Positions 20,593-28,367 of a DNA stretch of 47,694 bases are shown piece after piece. A program made the translations under genes and the position numbers. Each line of letters begins with the position of its first letter. The first letter of the stretch is position 1. Below the pieces are notes generated by a model. That model searched no databases. It was not told the origin of the DNA and saw only the letters and a program-made list of their open reading frames with translations. The DNA comes from a virus (taxonomy: Duplodnaviria > Caudoviricetes), in the IMG/VR virus record IMGVR_UViG_3300027804_000088, positions 1 through 47,694 of that record, one strand, 5' to 3'.

Positions 20593-20664
20593 ATGTGGAC
20601 AACACCAGCAGCTACTGAAATGCGTTTTGGTTTCGAAGTTACAATGTATGTAATGAATAAGTAA
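20593..20664 (+). CDS. pqqA: PQQ precursor peptide PqqA (MWTTPAATEMRFGFEVTMYVMNK)
   Basis: 23 aa with MW..P....R.GFEVT.Y and the ExxxY motif, AAGGAG RBS at 20581-20586. Confidence 0.95.
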   Translation: MWTTPAATEMRFGFEVTMYVMNK

Positions 20665-20762
20665 GTTTGTTAAACTACCTTCAAAGGATGTAGTAAGTTG
20701 GTATTTTTGTAGTTTTCCTGCCAACATGTAATAAGCTACCAAATTTGAAACTTGCTTGTAAT

Positions 20763-20794
20763 AAAAAAGGGGCTTTCGGGCCCCTTATTTATTT
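20763..20794. terminator. Bidirectional intrinsic terminator between the convergent arms
   Basis: AAGGGGC...GCCCCTT stem flanked by an A-run on the left and a T-rich tract on the right. Confidence 0.85.
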
Positions 20795-20960
20795 AATTTG
20801 CTGCTACAGCTGCTTTAGGTTTTAAGAAATCAATTACTTCGTCAAAAGTCTTAAAGACCATATTGTTTTGCTCTGGTCTTTGCTCACCAAATATTTGCTT
20901 GGTTGTTGTTACCAGAAAACCATTATCAACTTTATTAATTTGCACTGTTGTGTATTGCAT
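20793..20960 (-). CDS. Small hypothetical protein (55 aa, MQYTTVQINKVDNGFLV...)
   Basis: AAGGAG RBS, clean ORF ending at the terminator. Confidence 0.75.
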   Translation of the reverse strand: MQYTTVQINKVDNGFLVTTTKQIFGEQRPEQNNMVFKTFDEVIDFLKPKAAVAAN

Positions 20961-20970
20961 ATTTTCTCCT

Positions 20971-21105
20971 TTAAATATTTACTATTGCTCTAACTAAAAA
21001 TAAATCTACTACAAGAAACCAATCATTACTATTTCCATCTACTACAGATCCATCAACTAGTTCTATTCCAACGGTACAACCCTGTATCAAATGAAAAGTA
21101 ATCAT
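20971..21105 (-). CDS. Small hypothetical protein (44 aa, MITFHLIQG...)
   Basis: ATGA overlap with the RNR stop. Confidence 0.6.
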   Translation of the reverse strand: MITFHLIQGCTVGIELVDGSVVDGNSNDWFLVVDLFLVRAIVNI

Positions 21106-22991
21106 GTTTGTACTCCTACAATCTCACAAGCACCCGCAGTACAACTAAGTTCTTGAGTGCCTGTGGTTGTATCTTCTTCCTCTTTTAAGTTACCCCAATC
21201 AATCAATGGGAAACTTGCTACAAAAGAATCATATTCTTCCTTTGTAATTTCTTGATATGGGGCTTGTTTATACACGTGATCTGAGTGTGGGAGTAGAGAC
21301 ACACCTGAAACATCACTAAAGTTGTTATAAATCCAAGCTCCAATATTCAAGAATTCATCATCTTTATAGTATACAGTAATAGAAGGATTGTGTTCTGTCC
21401 AATGCTTTTGGTATACACTATAAAGCTTTAACTGTTCAATTGCATTTGTTTCATTACGAGTAACACCTGATTCAGTTCCTTTTTGAGGGAAACTAAATAT
21501 AGTAATGTCACTAGGTTTAGTTACGTCTGGTTCGTTTGGGACTCCTGCTGACTTGAAGAACACTGTGAGCGGATCTTTGTTGTCCATACGTACTGTTCGT
21601 ATATAATACTGGCTGTAAGCAGGATGTATACCGCTAGAGCAACCCACCAATTGGGAAACAGTACCACTAGGTTTAACAGTAGTAATAGCAGCAGATTGAG
21701 GAATACCAAGCTTTTCAGCCCATAACTTGTTAGTCTCGATAGCATATTCACGTAGCTCCTTTAACCAATTAATACATTCTTCAGTAGGTTTACTAAGCAC
21801 AGGATGATCCATAATACCTGTCATACTAACACCAAGTAAACGTTCTTCTTCTTGATTACGTCTCCAATCAGACCTTAGGTATCTAAAGTTTGTAAGGGTG
21901 GATTGAAATGTCCCGATAATGGTTGCGATTCTGACTTTCTCTTTAAGACTAGCAAGGGTATCTTCCTCTCGGATGACAACTTCACTGAGATTGCAAAGTC
22001 CTTTAGATCGCAAGATAATTTCTCCGCAAGGGTTTGTACCGTACTCAAAGCCGTCAACATCTCTTCTTCCGTTAGAGCTGGCTTTCTTTGTAGCTGCAAC
22101 TCTATTAAATATACCTCTTTCCCCACTTTTCGAGTCATACAATGTTCCCCATTCTTTTAAAAAGATACCTACATCAGGTTTCTCAGTATAGGCTACAGAG
22201 TTATTGGCAAGAGCACGTTGCACATCAGATTCCCACCAGGCTCCGTTCTTTGCATTTCGCATCCTATCGTCGGTGAGGTTTGACAAGCTGATAAGAGCTG
22301 ACCTACGCACACCGCCAACAATAACAATATCAGCAACTTTACATACGATGTCATGGCATTCTAAGCTGTTAAGCTTTCTCCCTGCTGCTTTTTTAAAAGT
22401 ATGAACCGTAAATTGGAACAAGTCCTCGAGAGGCTTAGGGCCAGATGCTCTGCCTCCAAAAGTCTTAAGCCTAGCTCCTGCAGGTCTGATTCCTGAAGTG
22501 TCCCATTTTGGCACTCGTCCTGAATAGAGTAAGCTAATGAGTTCGCGGTACGCACTAGCCCAGCCAATTCTTGAGTCTTTGACTCTAATTGTTGTATCAG
22601 TTTCATGAAATTCCTCCGCAATAGTAGGTAGGTTGTTAGTAAACTGACGTTCTACACTAAAGCCTACACCAGTTCCACACATTAAAACATACATTACTTC
22701 ATCAAATGCTTTAGGTGAATCAATAGCTACAAAGCTACAGTTATAACCTGCTATCTCATCACGTTCTAAAGCTGGTCCTGCTGCCATAAGGCAACGCATA
22801 CTAGGCATTACATCTAGGTTATGTATTGCTTTATTTACATCTTCTGTTGGAAAGGTATCTGGAAATCTATTCTTAAAGAATCCAGTATATCTATCTACAG
22901 TTTCTTTCCATGTTTCTCTACGGTATTCTTCAGGTAGCCATCTTGCATATCGGCTTGCATGAATGAATCGTTGATAGTCTGTTAGTTGCAT
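21102..22991 (-). CDS. nrdJ: Class II (adenosylcobalamin-dependent) ribonucleotide reductase
   Basis: MPSMR, YNCSF, GGVRRSA, TNPCGEI, TTVKPSGTVS and C-terminal CTAGAC. No nrdB small subunit is present. Confidence 0.9.
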   Translation of the reverse strand: MQLTDYQRFIHASRYARWLPEEYRRETWKETVDRYTGFFKNRFPDTFPTEDVNKAIHNLDVMPSMRCLMAAGPALERDEIAGYNCSFVAIDSPKAFDEVMYVLMCGTGVGFSVERQFTNNLPTIAEEFHETDTTIRVKDSRIGWASAYRELISLLYSGRVPKWDTSGIRPAGARLKTFGGRASGPKPLEDLFQFTVHTFKKAAGRKLNSLECHDIVCKVADIVIVGGVRRSALISLSNLTDDRMRNAKNGAWWESDVQRALANNSVAYTEKPDVGIFLKEWGTLYDSKSGERGIFNRVAATKKASSNGRRDVDGFEYGTNPCGEIILRSKGLCNLSEVVIREEDTLASLKEKVRIATIIGTFQSTLTNFRYLRSDWRRNQEEERLLGVSMTGIMDHPVLSKPTEECINWLKELREYAIETNKLWAEKLGIPQSAAITTVKPSGTVSQLVGCSSGIHPAYSQYYIRTVRMDNKDPLTVFFKSAGVPNEPDVTKPSDITIFSFPQKGTESGVTRNETNAIEQLKLYSVYQKHWTEHNPSITVYYKDDEFLNIGAWIYNNFSDVSGVSLLPHSDHVYKQAPYQEITKEEYDSFVASFPLIDWGNLKEEEDTTTGTQELSCTAGACEIVGVQT

Positions 22992-23167
22992 TAGTCTGTA
23001 TCCCCGTTCATTGATAATTGTTTGTTAAAGTATTCATAACGTTCTTCAATACGTTCAAAGAAAGCATCTACTAAGTCATATGAGTTAATGTTTAAAACCT
23101 CAAGAAGAGTAATCTCATCATACTCTTCAGCAAGCTTCTCTTTGATCTCTTGTAACGTTAATGTCAT
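22991..23167 (-). CDS. Small conserved phage protein (58 aa, MTLTLQEIKEKL...)
   Basis: Coupled to both neighbours, DEITLLEVL.I.S.DLV..F pattern. Confidence 0.7.
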   Translation of the reverse strand: MTLTLQEIKEKLAEEYDEITLLEVLNINSYDLVDAFFERIEERYEYFNKQLSMNGDTD

Positions 23168-23168
23168 T

Positions 23169-23393
23169 TTATGTTTTAAGTTCTTTCAATAGTTCTACAT
23201 AGTGGATAATTTTATCTAAGTCCTCTACACCACCTTTGTCTTTCCATCGACAGATATATTTAATAATATTACCTTCAATATAAGGGATATTATTTTTAGT
23301 AATAAACTCAACAGGTTGGATTACATACTTCTTGTAATGTGTACCTGCTACTTGAGTTTGTATTGCTTTTTTTAGTTCTGGAAATTTAGCCAT
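23169..23393 (-). CDS. DUF3310/SaV-like protein (related to T7 gp1.7 nucleotide kinase)
   Basis: QV.G.HY....IQP.EFI......EGNIIKY..R...KGG.EDL.K. Confidence 0.8.
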   Translation of the reverse strand: MAKFPELKKAIQTQVAGTHYKKYVIQPVEFITKNNIPYIEGNIIKYICRWKDKGGVEDLDKIIHYVELLKELKT

Positions 23394-23399
23394 ACTATT

Positions 23400-23428
23400 A
23401 TTATACCATCCTTTTTAAATATTGACAA
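23400..23428 (-). promoter_or_regulatory. Sigma70-type promoter TTGTCA-17-TATAAT with extended -10
   Basis: The minus strand reads ttgtca-atatttaaaaaggatgg-tataat, 6 nt before the ATG at 23393. Confidence 0.6.
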
Positions 23429-24161
23429 GCTTTTGTGAGCCTTTTGGCTTAAGATTTGTACCATCTCTGAACCAATTACCACAAGTTCTACATTGGTATC
23501 TTTGGTATTTGCTTGTAGTTGTTATGTTAAATCCACGTTTTTGTATGTTTTTAGATTGGCATGTAGGACATGCATCCATAGTACCATTAATCACATTGTT
23601 ATTAAGGTGATTTTTAATCCAAGGTTTAAAACGTTCATAAACTTTTTCTAGAAGAATAACATCGTTCTTGTTATACTCTTCCATAGTTTTCCATGCTTTA
23701 GGGATACCTGCCATACACTGTACCCATAACTCATGACCACTATGTTCAGTCTTTTTACCTAAACCTAAAGACTGTGCTACATAGTCTAGTTTGTTAGATA
23801 CAAATCTAAACCTACCTTTAGCTACTGTAAGTAGATCAATTTCTTTAAATGGTGCAGGAGGAAACATGCCATGTAATAAAAACTCTTTATTAAGGCTAGG
23901 TATATCAAACCGTTTACCATTGTAATGGATAACAGCATCAGCTTCGTCAAGAAGCTTATGAATACCTTCTAACATTTTCTTGTCACCTGATTTTTTAACA
24001 GAATCAAACATCATCTTTTTATCACCCAACCATTTTGCTGCATAGCACATAACGTAAGATGACTCTTGTAATTGATTAATACCAATGTTTTGGTCCCATA
24101 TACCCCAGACGTGAGCTACGTTGGGAGCCATCTCAATGTCAAGCAATAAAATTTTACTCAT
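23415..24161 (-). CDS. DEDD/RNase H-like 3'-5' exonuclease with C-terminal Zn ribbon
   Basis: LLDIE, HYNGKRFDIP, YNKNDV and CPTC...CRTC motifs. Confidence 0.8.
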   Translation of the reverse strand: MSKILLLDIEMAPNVAHVWGIWDQNIGINQLQESSYVMCYAAKWLGDKKMMFDSVKKSGDKKMLEGIHKLLDEADAVIHYNGKRFDIPSLNKEFLLHGMFPPAPFKEIDLLTVAKGRFRFVSNKLDYVAQSLGLGKKTEHSGHELWVQCMAGIPKAWKTMEEYNKNDVILLEKVYERFKPWIKNHLNNNVINGTMDACPTCQSKNIQKRGFNITTTSKYQRYQCRTCGNWFRDGTNLKPKGSQKLVNI

Positions 24162-24217
24162 AAATTACTCCGAAAAGAATGATGATAGTAGTACTATAGC
24201 TGCCATAATTATTAAGA

Positions 24218-24418
24218 TCATTTATATACCTGTCTTTCATCAAGCATTAAATCAGCAAGTCTATAAGCTTCTTTAGGAATATCATCACGTTTAACATGAT
24301 CAGCTTCAAGTAACCCATTCATAGCTTCTAATGCAAAGTAATCTCTTAAGTTCATACCTGTATAGATTTGTTTATTATTATCTTGACAGGGAAAAGCAGG
24401 TGAGTTTCCTTTACTCAT
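24218..24418 (-). CDS. Conserved small phage protein
   Basis: PAFP...GMNLRDYFA..AM.G...AY..AD.ML.ER motif widespread in phages. Confidence 0.75.
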   Translation of the reverse strand: MSKGNSPAFPCQDNNKQIYTGMNLRDYFALEAMNGLLEADHVKRDDIPKEAYRLADLMLDERQVYK

Positions 24419-24609
24419 GATACCATACCTCCATCTTCTTTAAATAAATCTAGCTCTTGTTGAGCCACATCTGTTGCAATACTAAATACACCACGTCTAA
24501 CCAACTCTTTAATAGCCAAGTCCATTAGGAATGAAGCTTCATTAGGATCTACATGGAAATCAAAGTCCAGAGAACCATCAGGGTTTTGCACACAATTGTT
24601 TATAATCAT
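24415..24609 (-). CDS. Hypothetical protein
   Basis: 64-aa ORF coupled within the operon. Confidence 0.6.
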   Translation of the reverse strand: MIINNCVQNPDGSLDFDFHVDPNEASFLMDLAIKELVRRGVFSIATDVAQQELDLFKEDGGMVS

Positions 24610-24964
24610 TTAACCAATCCTTTCTAAAATCTAACCAAAGGAATCCATTGTCTTCAGCCCATTTGGAATAGGTAGTCTTACTACGTTTGTTAAGTTTATT
24701 GTTAGGATTCATAAACAAGAAGATAACTGTAACTCCAGGATTTGAATCCCTGAACCACAGCATCTTTTGTCTTGTATCTAAATCTAACTTACCTTTTGCT
24801 TCTAAATAAATATTTCTACGCCCAGTTTTAAAGTCAGGAATGTAAGTCCGTTCTTTCTCAGGTTGTATGTATTTAAACTTATCTGGTTCATACTTAACTG
24901 AAGGGTATTCCTTCTTCAGTATTGCCCAGACTTGTTCCTCCAACTTGCTCTTGAACGAGGGCAT
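24578..24964 (-). CDS. T7 endonuclease I-like Holliday junction resolvase
   Basis: FKSKLE, YE...Y, TYIPDF, EAKG and TTYSKWA...GF. Start reassigned to MPSFKS. Confidence 0.85.
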   Translation of the reverse strand: MPSFKSKLEEQVWAILKKEYPSVKYEPDKFKYIQPEKERTYIPDFKTGRRNIYLEAKGKLDLDTRQKMLWFRDSNPGVTVIFLFMNPNNKLNKRSKTTYSKWAEDNGFLWLDFRKDWLNDYKQLCAKP

Positions 24965-25619
24965 TAAATCTATCCTTCCAGTCTTCATTGTCTTTACGTC
25001 TAATCCACAGGACTCGACCATTCATTATAAACTCTTCATCATTGCTATAAGCTTCTCTTACAGCATTGAATAACTCTTGTTCTGTTACACAACCTTCTAA
25101 TATCTTTTCAGCTTTCTTGGGCCCTATCTTTTCAATGCCCTTGATATTATCAGATCTATCACCAGTTAAACACTGCATATAAAAGTTCTTAATAGCTTGA
25201 GCTTCATCTACTTCTTGAAACTCATCTTTAACAAAGTTATAATGCTTGCCAGGAATCATAAGTAAATCTTTATCAATAGAACAAATGATTGTGTCCCCAG
25301 TTTGGTTGATCCCCATAGCATCATCAGCTTCTTGCCCATCAATAACCTCAGCATTAAAGGTAGCTATTAAATACTGCCTACAAGCTTCTAACCAAAAAGG
25401 TTTCTCTTTAGGTCTGTGAGCTTTATATTCAGGATAAACAGTATATCTAAAGTTATCTTTACCTGTTAGGAAGAGACGATACTCTTCAGCCTCAGTATTA
25501 ACTAGGATAGAATCTATTAGATCCTCTGCCCTGGCAAATACAAAGTCTTGAGCATCGTCTTCTTGACACGTACAGGCAACCCTGTAAGCTACAATATCAG
25601 CATCAATTAATGCTTTCAT
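24894..25619 (-). CDS. 5'-3' exonuclease (T7 gp6/flap endonuclease-like)
   Basis: IDAD, NFR, YKAHR, EADD, SIDKDL and GDRSDNIKGI..IG.KKA. Confidence 0.9.
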   Translation of the reverse strand: MKALIDADIVAYRVACTCQEDDAQDFVFARAEDLIDSILVNTEAEEYRLFLTGKDNFRYTVYPEYKAHRPKEKPFWLEACRQYLIATFNAEVIDGQEADDAMGINQTGDTIICSIDKDLLMIPGKHYNFVKDEFQEVDEAQAIKNFYMQCLTGDRSDNIKGIEKIGPKKAEKILEGCVTEQELFNAVREAYSNDEEFIMNGRVLWIRRKDNEDWKDRFNALVQEQVGGTSLGNTEEGIPFS

Positions 25620-26134
25620 TATACGGGAATGTCATCCTCTAAGTCATCAAAGTTAACTTCTTTAGTAGGGTTAGCTTCTGAACCAAAGACATAAGCTTCA
25701 AACTGTTTAGCTGTTGCAATAACATCTGCTACAGATTTACCAGTACCTAGTAGTTCTACTGCACTAGATAAAGAAGATTGACGAACAATAAGAATTTGTC
25801 TTGCTGCACGTTCTTCTTTAGTTTCATAATTACTACCTGTTACTCGACCACCTGTTGCTGGTTTAGATTCTGGTGTAGCCACTGATCCATCTCCTCCAAT
25901 ACCTGTCCATTGCCAATAACCATTAGCATCTTTAGTTGTTGTTACATTTACTTGTGTACCTTTTGTTAACTCTTTAATATAATTAAAGACAGAAGGATTA
26001 CTAAAAGACATTAGCTTTTTATTAGCTACTTGTCCTTGTTCATTTTTGTATGTAACTTCAATAGATTGATATGATCTACCATTCTTTGCTGCATGTGTAT
26101 TTGGTGCACCTACGTCTACAATATTAATTAACAT
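25619..26134 (-). CDS. Putative single-stranded DNA-binding protein
   Basis: OB-fold-like N-terminus, acidic tail DDLEDDIPV, next to the polymerase. Confidence 0.6.
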   Translation of the reverse strand: MLINIVDVGAPNTHAAKNGRSYQSIEVTYKNEQGQVANKKLMSFSNPSVFNYIKELTKGTQVNVTTTKDANGYWQWTGIGGDGSVATPESKPATGGRVTGSNYETKEERAARQILIVRQSSLSSAVELLGTGKSVADVIATAKQFEAYVFGSEANPTKEVNFDDLEDDIPV

Positions 26135-26846
26135 TTACTATCTCCATGTTACCCCATGTTGGCCCTACTTGACACTCGACCCGCATAGGAAGGTTAAATT
26201 CTACTCCAAACAATTTCTTAAAGTTTGCTGGAATATCCGTAAAACATTGATCAACAATCTTTACTATACTAATATTATCGCATACTTTAGAATCAAAGTC
26301 AATAATAATAGAATCATGTACAGTGTTGATTAACTTTACATTTTTCATATCCTTAAGTCTATTACTTAAAGATACTCTTGCTATAGCCATCAGGTCTGCA
26401 CCTAGTCCTTGAACTGGGTAGTTAAGGATTTTGGTGCGAGGCCATTTGACTTTGCCATACTTTACTTCTGGCTCATAGTTATAAACTCTACCTGTCGGCA
26501 TCGTTATCTTTCTGTCTTTCATGGCTGTTGCCACAATCTTTTTATGCCATTCACCAAGTCCCGTATACTTGCTATAAAACTCATCAATAACATTTTGCCA
26601 GAATGATTCCGAATTAGATACATCAGTAAAGTTAGTATCGTTAGCGTAACTATAGGCGGAACCTCCATAAATAAGCCGAAACACAAAAGTTTTAGCGATA
26701 AGACGAGAAGGTAAACCAAAACGATTCTGATTGTCAGTGTGTTGATCGACATTGTTCCATATCTCGTCATACGCTACTTTATCTTGACTTAAATAAGAAG
26801 CACATACCCACTCAAGAGCTTTGGCATCTGCCTGTAATAGCATCAC
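26124..26846 (-). CDS. polA: Family A DNA polymerase, C-terminal part (motifs A, B, C)
   Basis: ADAKALE, AKTFVFRLIYGG, NYPVQG and VHDS. Confidence 0.9.
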   Translation of the reverse strand: MMLLQADAKALEWVCASYLSQDKVAYDEIWNNVDQHTDNQNRFGLPSRLIAKTFVFRLIYGGSAYSYANDTNFTDVSNSESFWQNVIDEFYSKYTGLGEWHKKIVATAMKDRKITMPTGRVYNYEPEVKYGKVKWPRTKILNYPVQGLGADLMAIARVSLSNRLKDMKNVKLINTVHDSIIIDFDSKVCDNISIVKIVDQCFTDIPANFKKLFGVEFNLPMRVECQVGPTWGNMEIVNVN

Positions 26847-26934
26847 ATTCCTTTTGTTTTTCTGCTACTTTGATTTGTTCAAATGCTTGTTCAGCACCTT
26901 GTTCGTTAAACTCTTGTACATAATCTTTACTCAT
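26812..26934 (-). CDS. Putative 40-aa ORF bridging the two polymerase halves (MSKDYVQEF...)
   Basis: ATG preceded by GGGAG, overlaps both polymerase ORFs in the third frame. Confidence 0.4.
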   Translation of the reverse strand: MSKDYVQEFNEQGAEQAFEQIKVAEKQKECDAITGRCQSS

Positions 26935-28087
26935 ATCTACTCCCGAATAATGTTTTAATTTCGCCATCAAAGTTTTGTAGGTTTGGTTTACTTGAACTAA
27001 GTCTACCTGTTCTAGCCACACATTGATTAAGCTGTCCGTGTAATCTTCCTTCATGCCAGTTCATCTCCTTTCTTAAATCTACCAGTCCTTTGTAGTAAGC
27101 TGTTAAACGTTTCTCTAGTGTAGCACGTTTTAATAATACTTCAACTAGATCTTTAGCATACTTACTTCTAGTCTTTAAAGACTTTAAGGTCTGATCATCT
27201 GTTGAGAAGAAACCTTCTTTAGTTAACTCCGATCCTTTAATCGGGTTAATAAGTCTAGGGAATGTTATTTCATGTTCGACCCACCTTTCTTTTGTTTGTC
27301 CTTTTCTTTCTCCCGTTTTAAACACACCAATAGCTTCTCTCCTCCTGACTTTAATAATGCCGCCATAGAGAAGACTAGATACATGCTCCGTGCTATTAGG
27401 ATTAAACTCCACAAGGTCATGATATTCCATAAGGATTTTATCAATGACTGCAATTTGATCTTCAAGTTCTGTAGCCAAAATAGTACTGCTATTCTCATCA
27501 AATAAAAGTCCATTAAATTCCATCTCCTGTAATATAACTAAGTCTTGGTTATGCAAACTAATAAGTCTTTGCATGTTCTTTGCGGATGACGCAAATTCTT
27601 CCATCTGTTTCTCATATACTTTTTGCGTTAAAAGCAAATCTTGTTTAAGATAATCTTCAAGTAAGTCTCTTGGTATCTTGTCAGTATCTACCCCATTCTT
27701 CCAATACTCAGTAGCAATAACGTCAAGTTTACTACCCAGATCATAATAAGCAGCGACACTATTGAGACTTGGATAGGGATGTTGTTGGCCCGTAAGTATA
27801 AAATGTACCAGCTGACAATCCCAAACACGTTTACCCATAAAATTAATTCCATACTTCCGTATCCAATGCAAATCAAATTTGATATTAAAGCCAACCAATA
27901 CATCTGCCCCATTAACTTTGGCTTGTACTTCTTCCAAACGAGTTCGATAAGGTTGATCATCATACTCGATGCTATATACACTAGCATCAGTATTAAGCAA
28001 ACCAATATAACAAAGCTTATTAGTTTCGTCAAAAGGATTCCCTTTGTTACTAATAGTTGTCTCAACATCTAGTATTAAGCTGCGCAA
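26927..28087 (-). CDS. polA: Family A DNA polymerase, N-terminal part (3'-5' exonuclease and thumb)
   Basis: LDVET, GFNIKFDL, YLKQD, FNPNS and TGRLSSSKPNLQN. Confidence 0.9.
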   Translation of the reverse strand: MRSLILDVETTISNKGNPFDETNKLCYIGLLNTDASVYSIEYDDQPYRTRLEEVQAKVNGADVLVGFNIKFDLHWIRKYGINFMGKRVWDCQLVHFILTGQQHPYPSLNSVAAYYDLGSKLDVIATEYWKNGVDTDKIPRDLLEDYLKQDLLLTQKVYEKQMEEFASSAKNMQRLISLHNQDLVILQEMEFNGLLFDENSSTILATELEDQIAVIDKILMEYHDLVEFNPNSTEHVSSLLYGGIIKVRRREAIGVFKTGERKGQTKERWVEHEITFPRLINPIKGSELTKEGFFSTDDQTLKSLKTRSKYAKDLVEVLLKRATLEKRLTAYYKGLVDLRKEMNWHEGRLHGQLNQCVARTGRLSSSKPNLQNFDGEIKTLFGSRYE

Positions 28088-28227
28088 TCACCAGTTCCTT
28101 GGTTAAGTGGATAGAATTTATTTACTGCTTCTAGTAGGTCTTCATCTTCACCTACAAAGTCTAGTATATCACCTATATCTTCTGCTGTCAAATCTGATCT
28201 TACTAATAACACTGTTTGTATACTCAA
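28075..28227 (-). CDS. Small acidic hypothetical protein (50 aa)
   Basis: TTG start after GAGGAG, overlaps both neighbours. Confidence 0.5.
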   Translation of the reverse strand: MSIQTVLLVRSDLTAEDIGDILDFVGEDEDLLEAVNKFYPLNQGTGDCAA

Positions 28228-28367
28228 AATAAACACTCCTCTAATTTAGTTAAGTCAATCTTAGGTTCTTTGTACAACACAGTACCACTAGCGGGATAGT
28301 CAAACCATCTTATGATCGTACCATCCCAATCTAGTAATACCCATCTAGTCCACTTAGATGTCTTCAT
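28224..28367 (-). CDS. Small hypothetical protein (47 aa, MKTSKWTRWVLLDWDG...)
   Basis: Clean ORF filling the gap after the helicase. Confidence 0.55.
   Translation of the reverse strand: MKTSKWTRWVLLDWDGTIIRWFDYPASGTVLYKEPKIDLTKLEECLF

Noticed and set aside
26847-26926. Group I intron or intein in the polymerase
   Set aside because: The gap is only 80 nt, and there are no intron core or intein terminal motifs.
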